This document shows, one piece after another, positions 57,712 through 64,000 of a DNA stretch of 64,000 nucleotides. Source of the stretch: Bacillota bacterium (lineage in GTDB: Bacteria; Bacillota; Bacilli; Bacillales_A; Planococcaceae); NCBI GenBank assembly GCA_023405135.1, contig JAEXYZ010000062.1, positions 6,500 through 70,499 of the forward strand. Direction: 5' to 3'. The first letter of the stretch is position 1. The number at the start of each line of letters is the position of its first letter. The position numbers were made by a program, and so were the translations under genes. The notes below the pieces were generated by a model. That model saw only the letters and a program-made list of their open reading frames with translations. It did not search any database and was not told where the DNA came from.

Positions 57712-58266
57712 ATGAAAAAGAATATTTTATTATGTGTTTCTGGCGGAATTGCTGTTTATAAAGCAGTTGCCCTTGTTAGCAAATTATCTCAAGCAAATTT
57801 TAATGTTAAAGTAATGATGACGGAATCGGCTCGGAAATTTGTAACACCTTTAAGTTTTCAAGTTATGTCGAAAAACGACGTCTATTATGACACTTTTGAT
57901 GAAAAAGATTCCAATGTAATTGCTCATATTGATTTAGCAGATTGGGCAGATTTAATTATCGTTGCTCCGGCTACAGCAAATGTCATTGGTAAACTTGCAA
58001 ATGGTATTGCGGATGATATGGTTACAACAACTTTACTTGCTACTACGAGTCCAGTTTGGCTTGCTCCTGCTATGAATGTACATATGTATGATCATCCAGC
58101 TGTAAAGCGTAATATTGCAAGGTTAGCTGAAGATGGTTGCGCATTTATCGAACCATCAGAAGGATTTTTAGCATGTGGTTACGTTGGCAAAGGTCGGTTA
58201 GAGGAACCTGAAAAAATTACGCAACTTGTAATTGATTTCTTTAAAGGAGAAACGAAAAGCCTATGA
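57712..58266 (+). CDS. coaC: Phosphopantothenoylcysteine decarboxylase (flavoprotein domain only; CoaB ligase domain absent)
   Basis: SGGIAVYK, HIDLADWAD, APATAN, PAMN and LACGYVGKGRL motifs; stops at 184 aa, overlapping priA. Confidence 0.85.
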   Translation: MKKNILLCVSGGIAVYKAVALVSKLSQANFNVKVMMTESARKFVTPLSFQVMSKNDVYYDTFDEKDSNVIAHIDLADWADLIIVAPATANVIGKLANGIADDMVTTTLLATTSPVWLAPAMNVHMYDHPAVKRNIARLAEDGCAFIEPSEGFLACGYVGKGRLEEPEKITQLVIDFFKGETKSL

Positions 58267-60677
58267 CATTAGTTGCCGAGGTAATTGTTGATGTTGCTGC
58301 ATATCCAGTAGACCGCCCCTTCGATTACTTAGTACCAGATGAAATGACAAGTTTGATTGAATGTGGATGTCGTGTGAAGGTTCCATTTGGTCCAAGAAAT
58401 GTCCTTGGTTTTGTCGTTTTGTTAAAAGATGCAACGGATGTTCCACTAGAAAAAATTAAGCCAATAACGCAGCTTCTGGACATTGTACCTGTTTTAACAA
58501 GCGAAATGCTTGAACTAGCAAAATGGTTAAAACATGAAACAATATGTTATGAAATCGATGCCTTGCAAGTGATGTTGCCTTCTGCATTGCGAGCAAAATA
58601 CGAAAAAATGGTAAGGCTTCAAGCAGACACTACATTATTATCTGATTCTCTAAAGGAACTATTTCGAAATTCATCACAAGTAAACTATAAGCAATTTGAA
58701 AAAAATAATTTACTTCAAGAGCTAAAACAAGCACTTAATGACAAACTAGTTGTCGTTGAAAATGTAGTAAAACAAAAAGGGAATGTCAAAGAAGTACGAA
58801 AAGTTCAAATTTGTAATGATAAACAAAAGCTTTTAGAAATTCATGGTCAAATTTCGAACCGTGCAAAAAAACAAAAGCAGCTTGTTGAATGGATGCAATC
58901 TCATGTTGGAGAATTAATGGATCCAAACATTTTATATGAAGAAACAAATACTTCTTCACAAGTGTTACAAGCGGTAATTGATTTAGGAGCAGCAACATTC
59001 ATTCAAGAGGAAGTATACCGAGACCCGTTCAATAAAAAGGTTGAAAAAAAAGATTTTTTAGCTCTAACTGATGAGCAATCAATGGCATTAGAAAAAATAG
59101 TTTCATCTATGGAAAATAAACAATCTGAAACCTTTCTTTTACATGGGATTACAGGAAGCGGTAAAACGGAAGTTTATTTACAAGCTATTTCTCAATGTTT
59201 GAATGATGGGAAAGAAGCAATTGTATTAGTACCAGAAATTTCCCTTACACCACAAATGACAGAAAGATTCAGATCGCGTTTTGGTGAGCTTGTTGCTGTA
59301 ATGCACAGTGGATTGTCGGTTGGAGAAAAATATGATGAATGGCGAAAAATTCATGAAGGTAAAGTGAAAGTTGTAGTAGGTGCACGTTCAGCTGTATTTG
59401 CGCCATTTGAAAATGTTGGAATTATTATTTTAGATGAAGAACATGAATCTACATATAAACAAGAGGATTCACCGAGATATCATGCTAGAGATGTAGCAAT
59501 TTGGCGTGGTAAGTATCATCATTGTCCGGTCATATTAGGAAGTGCAACACCTTCATTGGAATCTTTTGCACGGGCTAAGAAAAATGTTTACACACTTCTT
59601 ACTTTGAAGGAACGGGCATTAAAGCAAGCGTTACCTACTGTTCAAGTTGTAGACATGCGAGAAGAGCTGCAAAAGGGCAATCGTTCGATGTTTTCGACAA
59701 GCTTAATACAATCGATTGAAGTACGTTTGCAGAAGAAGGAACAAACAGTTCTGTTTTTAAATAGACGAGGCTATTCTTCATTTGTCCTTTGTAGAGATTG
59801 TGGGACAGTATTACAATGTGAGAATTGTGATATTTCATTAACCTATCATCGGTCAAACGAAAAGTGCAAATGTCATTATTGTGGTTATGAAATTTCTGTT
59901 CCGAAAACGTGTCCTCAATGTCAAAGTGATCATATTCGCTTTTTTGGAACAGGAACACAAAAAGTTGAAGAAGAACTGAAGAAACTATTTCCAGACGTAA
60001 GAGTTTTAAGGATGGATGTTGATACAACAAAAGCTAAGGGTGCCCATGAGCAAATTTTACAAGCTTTTGGAGATGGACATGCTGATATTTTACTGGGAAC
60101 ACAGATGATTGCAAAAGGTCTAGATTATCCAAATATTACGTTAGTTGGTGTACTAAGCGCTGATACGTCATTACACTTACCTGACTTTCGTTCTGCTGAA
60201 AAAACTTTTCAGCTGTTAACACAGGTTAGTGGACGAGCTGGACGTCATGAAAAGCCAGGAGAAGTTGTTATTCAAACGTATACACCTGAGCATTATGCAA
60301 TTGAATTATCTAAGTCTCAGGAATATGGACCATTTTATGAACGAGAGATGATCATGCGCCATCAAGCAGGTTATCCACCTTATTTTTATCTAGCCTTAAT
60401 TCAAGTATCACATGAGAATGTAATGATGGCGGCAGAATATGCTGCAAAGGCTGTTGAATGGTTACGCTCAAAACTATCGTTTAATGTATCAATTATTGGC
60501 CCTACAGCCTCTGGAATTAGTCGCCTCCAAAATAGATATCGATACCAATGTTTGATAAAATACAAAATAGAGCCAGAATTAATTCCAACGCTAATGCAAC
60601 TTATAAAATTATATCGATCAGATTGGATAAAAAAAGGAGTTATACTTTCAGTCGACCTAGACCCGACAATGATTTGA
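58263..60677 (+). CDS. priA: Primosomal protein N'
   Basis: DRPFDY, GITGSGKT, DEEH, four CxxC zinc motifs and QVSGRAGR. Confidence 0.97.
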   Translation: MTLVAEVIVDVAAYPVDRPFDYLVPDEMTSLIECGCRVKVPFGPRNVLGFVVLLKDATDVPLEKIKPITQLLDIVPVLTSEMLELAKWLKHETICYEIDALQVMLPSALRAKYEKMVRLQADTTLLSDSLKELFRNSSQVNYKQFEKNNLLQELKQALNDKLVVVENVVKQKGNVKEVRKVQICNDKQKLLEIHGQISNRAKKQKQLVEWMQSHVGELMDPNILYEETNTSSQVLQAVIDLGAATFIQEEVYRDPFNKKVEKKDFLALTDEQSMALEKIVSSMENKQSETFLLHGITGSGKTEVYLQAISQCLNDGKEAIVLVPEISLTPQMTERFRSRFGELVAVMHSGLSVGEKYDEWRKIHEGKVKVVVGARSAVFAPFENVGIIILDEEHESTYKQEDSPRYHARDVAIWRGKYHHCPVILGSATPSLESFARAKKNVYTLLTLKERALKQALPTVQVVDMREELQKGNRSMFSTSLIQSIEVRLQKKEQTVLFLNRRGYSSFVLCRDCGTVLQCENCDISLTYHRSNEKCKCHYCGYEISVPKTCPQCQSDHIRFFGTGTQKVEEELKKLFPDVRVLRMDVDTTKAKGAHEQILQAFGDGHADILLGTQMIAKGLDYPNITLVGVLSADTSLHLPDFRSAEKTFQLLTQVSGRAGRHEKPGEVVIQTYTPEHYAIELSKSQEYGPFYEREMIMRHQAGYPPYFYLALIQVSHENVMMAAEYAAKAVEWLRSKLSFNVSIIGPTASGISRLQNRYRYQCLIKYKIEPELIPTLMQLIKLYRSDWIKKGVILSVDLDPTMI

Positions 60678-60721
60678 TAAGATAAATTAATTTTATTAAT
60701 ATACTAGGCAAATATTATTTT

Positions 60722-60808
60722 CGATTGTAGCGGAAGACGGCGAGTGCATCTGACGCTTCGCTATTGACGGACCCGCCCTAGATGCGCGTCCGTCTGTAGC
60801 GAAAATCG
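60722..60808. repeat. GC-rich palindromic intergenic element (MITE/REP-like remnant)
   Basis: Nested inverted repeats CGATT/AATCG, AGACGG/CCGTCT and GTGCATCT/AGATGCGC; TGTAGCG near both ends. Confidence 0.5.
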
Positions 60809-60841
60809 TAGAGTAGTAGAAGTGTAGAAAGAGGTAATATA

Positions 60842-61333
60842 ATGGCAATTAAAGAAATAGTAAAACATCCTGCAACGGTGCTAACAGAAAAATGTAACGA
60901 AGTTACAGTAATTGATGAGAAAATAATTACACTTCTTGATGATTTATATGACACGATGGTTGAATATGATGGAGTCGGCATTGCAGCTCCACAAATTAAC
61001 GTTCCATTACGTGTAGCAATTGTTGAAATCGGCGAAGAACGCGATATTTTAGAGATGATTAATCCTATTGTACTCGAAGTAGATGGAGCAGAAGTTGATA
61101 TAGAAGGTTGTTTAAGCTTTCCGAATTTATTTGGTGAAGTAGAAAGACCTACATATGTAAAAATTGAAGCATGTGATCGAGAAGGACGTGTTTATGAATT
61201 AGAAGCAGGTGGTTTTGATGCTCGTGCTATTCTTCATGAAATCGATCATTTAGATGGTGTTTTATTTAATTCAAAAATGATAAGAGTAGTGCCAGAAGAG
61301 GAACTTGAAGAAATGTATGGTGAGGAGGAGTAA
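60842..61333 (+). CDS. def: Peptide deformylase
   Basis: [13 protein letters not shown] and HEIDHLDG motifs. Confidence 0.96.
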   Translation: MAIKEIVKHPATVLTEKCNEVTVIDEKIITLLDDLYDTMVEYDGVGIAAPQINVPLRVAIVEIGEERDILEMINPIVLEVDGAEVDIEGCLSFPNLFGEVERPTYVKIEACDREGRVYELEAGGFDARAILHEIDHLDGVLFNSKMIRVVPEEELEEMYGEEE

Positions 61334-61335
61334 AA

Positions 61336-62277
61336 ATGACTTCTGTTGTATTTATGGGGACCCCTGCTTTTTCTGTACCGATTTTACGTATGATACATGA
61401 AGAAGGCTATGAAGTACTTGCGGTTGTAACGCAGCCTGATCGTCCAGTAGGGCGTAAACGAGTATTAACTCCTCCACCAGTAAAGGAAGAAGCAATGCGT
61501 TTAGGCCTGCCAGTTATTCAACCGGAGAAATTACGACAATCTGCGGAACTTGAAGAAATAATTTCGCTAAATCCAGATATTATTATTACTGCAGCATTCG
61601 GTCAAATTTTGCCAAAAAAATTGTTAGATGCTCCACGTCTTGGTTGCATTAATGTTCACGCTTCATTATTGCCTAAATACCGAGGTGGTGCACCGATTCA
61701 TCAAGCAATTCTTGACGGTGAAGAAAAAACAGGTGTAACGATTATGTATATGGCCGAAAAATTAGATGCTGGCGATATTATTACGCAACGTGAGATTGCA
61801 ATTGAAGAAACTGACAATACTGGGAGTATGTTTGATAAATTAAGTATTCTAGGTAGAGATTTATTAAAAGATACGTTACCGTTAATTGTTGAAGGTAAAA
61901 ATGAGCGATTAATACAAGATGAGGAAAAAGCAACTTTTGCTCATAATATTTCTAGAGAGCAAGAAAGAATTGATTGGACAAAGAATGCAAGAACTGTTTT
62001 TAACCAAGTGCGAGGTTTATCTCCGTGGCCTACTGCTTACACAACCTTTCAAGGTGAAAATGTGAAAGTATGGGCAGCTAAATTAGGTGAAACTTCGACG
62101 AATGCATCACCAGGTGAAGTGGTAAAAATTAATAAAGATAGTTTTGAAATTGCTGCTGGTGATGGAAATTCATTAACAATTTTAGAGCTACAGCCTGCTG
62201 GAAAAAAACGTATGACAGCGGAAGAATACTTGCGTGGAACAGGTTCAAAACTCGCGATAGGGGACAAATTTGAATGA
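61336..62277 (+). CDS. fmt: Methionyl-tRNA formyltransferase
   Basis: [15 protein letters not shown] and [16 protein letters not shown] motifs. Confidence 0.97.
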   Translation: MTSVVFMGTPAFSVPILRMIHEEGYEVLAVVTQPDRPVGRKRVLTPPPVKEEAMRLGLPVIQPEKLRQSAELEEIISLNPDIIITAAFGQILPKKLLDAPRLGCINVHASLLPKYRGGAPIHQAILDGEEKTGVTIMYMAEKLDAGDIITQREIAIEETDNTGSMFDKLSILGRDLLKDTLPLIVEGKNERLIQDEEKATFAHNISREQERIDWTKNARTVFNQVRGLSPWPTAYTTFQGENVKVWAAKLGETSTNASPGEVVKINKDSFEIAAGDGNSLTILELQPAGKKRMTAEEYLRGTGSKLAIGDKFE

Positions 62278-63656
62278 CAAAGAAAAAAGTACAAATTTGG
62301 GACGGTAATGTTCGTGATGCAGCTTTAACAATTCTTTTAGCAGTTGATAAAAACCAAGCATATAGTAATTTATTATTAAATCAAACAATTAATAAATATA
62401 GCATTGATACGAAAGATCGTGCTCTTCTTACAGAGATTACTTATGGAACATTACAGCATAAATATACACTAGATTATTATTTAGAGCCTTTTATCCGAGG
62501 AAATCTTGATCTTTGGGTAAGATGGCTTCTTCGACTTTCTTTATATCAAATTGTTTATTTGTCTCGTGTACCTGACCATGCTGCAGTAAATGAAGCTGTA
62601 GAAATTGCAAAGCGAAGAGGACATAAGGGCATTTCCTCAACGGTTAATGGCATTCTACGATCGATTTTAAGACAGGGAATTCGTTCAACGGATGAAATAA
62701 AAGATCCGATTAAACGTTTGGCTATTGAAACAAGCCACCCACAATGGCTAGTGGAACGTTTCATTGAATCTTATGGAATTGAAAAAACAGCTGAGATGTT
62801 GCAAGAGAATAATGTACCACCTATTCAAACAGTTCGTGTCAATACAACAAAAACTACCGTTGATGAGGTTTTAAAATTGCTAGAAGATGAAGGAGTTACT
62901 GCAAAGCAAAGTAATGTTATTCCTGAATGTCTCCATTTTGTTAATGGACAAGCATCAAGAACAAAAGCATTTAAAGAAGGCTACATTACCATTCAAGATG
63001 AAAGCTCTATGATGCCTGCAAATGTTTTGAATCCACAACCGGGATGGCGCGTATTGGACATGTGTGCGGCTCCAGGAGGAAAAACGACGCATATTGCTGA
63101 AAAAATGAAAAATGAAGGTTCTATTTTAGCAACGGATTTACACCCTCATAAATTAGACTTAATAGAGGAAACTAGCAATCGACTTGGACTGAACATTATT
63201 GAAACTGCACCAATCGATGGTCGAAAAGCAGCAGATTTTTTACAAAAACAATCTTTTAATGCTGTGTTAGTTGATGCACCATGCTCAGGACTAGGCGTTA
63301 TGCGACGTAAACCAGACATAAAATATACAAAACGTGAAGAGGATTTTGAAAGTCTACATGATATACAATTGAAGTTATTAGACAATGCTGTAGAAGTTTT
63401 AAAACCGGATGGTCGTCTCGTATATAGCACTTGTACAGTAAATGTAGATGAAAATGAGGCAACTGTTAAGACGTTTTTAGCGTCACATCCAGAAATGGAA
63501 CCAGTACAATTAGAAAATTTACCTAAGATACTTTTAGAACGTGGACAAGGTGGAATGCTACAAGTATTCCCACAAGATTTTGGCAGCGATGGTTTTTTTG
63601 TAGCTGCTTTTCGTAAAAAAACAGACTTAGAGATGGAAGAAAAAGGAGAATCCTAA
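62274..63656 (+). CDS. rsmB: 16S rRNA (cytosine967-C5) methyltransferase
   Basis: NusB-like N-domain, [16 protein letters not shown] and YSTCT motifs. Confidence 0.96.
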   Translation: MTKKKVQIWDGNVRDAALTILLAVDKNQAYSNLLLNQTINKYSIDTKDRALLTEITYGTLQHKYTLDYYLEPFIRGNLDLWVRWLLRLSLYQIVYLSRVPDHAAVNEAVEIAKRRGHKGISSTVNGILRSILRQGIRSTDEIKDPIKRLAIETSHPQWLVERFIESYGIEKTAEMLQENNVPPIQTVRVNTTKTTVDEVLKLLEDEGVTAKQSNVIPECLHFVNGQASRTKAFKEGYITIQDESSMMPANVLNPQPGWRVLDMCAAPGGKTTHIAEKMKNEGSILATDLHPHKLDLIEETSNRLGLNIIETAPIDGRKAADFLQKQSFNAVLVDAPCSGLGVMRRKPDIKYTKREEDFESLHDIQLKLLDNAVEVLKPDGRLVYSTCTVNVDENEATVKTFLASHPEMEPVQLENLPKILLERGQGGMLQVFPQDFGSDGFFVAAFRKKTDLEMEEKGES

Positions 63657-63663
63657 TAACAAA

Positions 63664-64000
63664 ATGGATGAAAATAAATTTAATGAACGTATTCAAGATT
63701 TAGTGGAAGAGGCGGAAGAGAAGCCTCGTCGTCGTGAGAAAAAAGAAAAACCTCAGTTGAAAGAATCAATATATTCACTTCGACCTGACCAACTAGAAGA
63801 ATGGTTATTAGCAAACGGCGAAAAATCTTTCCGTGCTGGACAAATTTATGAATGGTTATATGAAAAACGCGTTAAAACCTTTGATGAAATGTCTAACCTT
63901 TCAAAGGCGTTACGTGAAAAATTAGCAGCTAATTTCTTGTTAACTACGTTATCAACAATTATTAAACAAGAATCCAAAGATGGCACAATTAAATTTTTAT
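63664..64000 (+). CDS. rlmN: 23S rRNA (adenine2503-C2) methyltransferase, 5' part (runs off the window)
   Basis: Manual translation [11 protein letters not shown]...SIYSL...[15 protein letters not shown]...[15 protein letters not shown]...[11 protein letters not shown]; follows rsmB. Confidence 0.9.
   Translation, partial: MDENKFNERIQDLVEEAEEKPRRREKKEKPQLKESIYSLRPDQLEEWLLANGEKSFRAGQIYEWLYEKRVKTFDEMSNLSKALREKLAANFLLTTLSTIIKQESKDGTIKFL

Overview
This is a core-genome window from a low-GC, endospore-forming Bacillales chromosome; gene content suggests Lysinibacillus/Ureibacillus-like Planococcaceae, which is an inference. It is syntenic with the B. subtilis ylbH-to-rlmN region. It carries the ylb cluster (rsmD, coaD, ylbJ, ylbL, tmcAL, ylbN-rpmF, GerR/RsfA regulator, panE, bshC), the dcw cluster (mraZ to ftsZ), spoIIGA-sigE-sigG, ylm genes and divIVA. 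It continues with a T-box-ileS, lspA-rluD, the PyrR-attenuated pyr operon, an MCP, rqcH and yloC-gmk-rpoZ-coaC-priA-def-fmt-rsmB-rlmN'. I found no prophage, transposase, CRISPR array or defence system, and no convincing new multi-gene system. The most notable observations are: (1) a ~140-bp structured non-coding element present twice, with compensatory base changes; (2) a GC-rich element with 32-bp tandem hairpin repeats exactly where murE normally lies, with murE, murG and murB absent from the cluster; (3) a stand-alone CoaC lacking the CoaB domain, overlapping priA; (4) a decayed acyl-CoA carboxylase beta-subunit pseudogene missed by the ORF track; (5) a probable CTG start for spoVE; (6) a pyr operon with only two attenuators and an expanded first leader.
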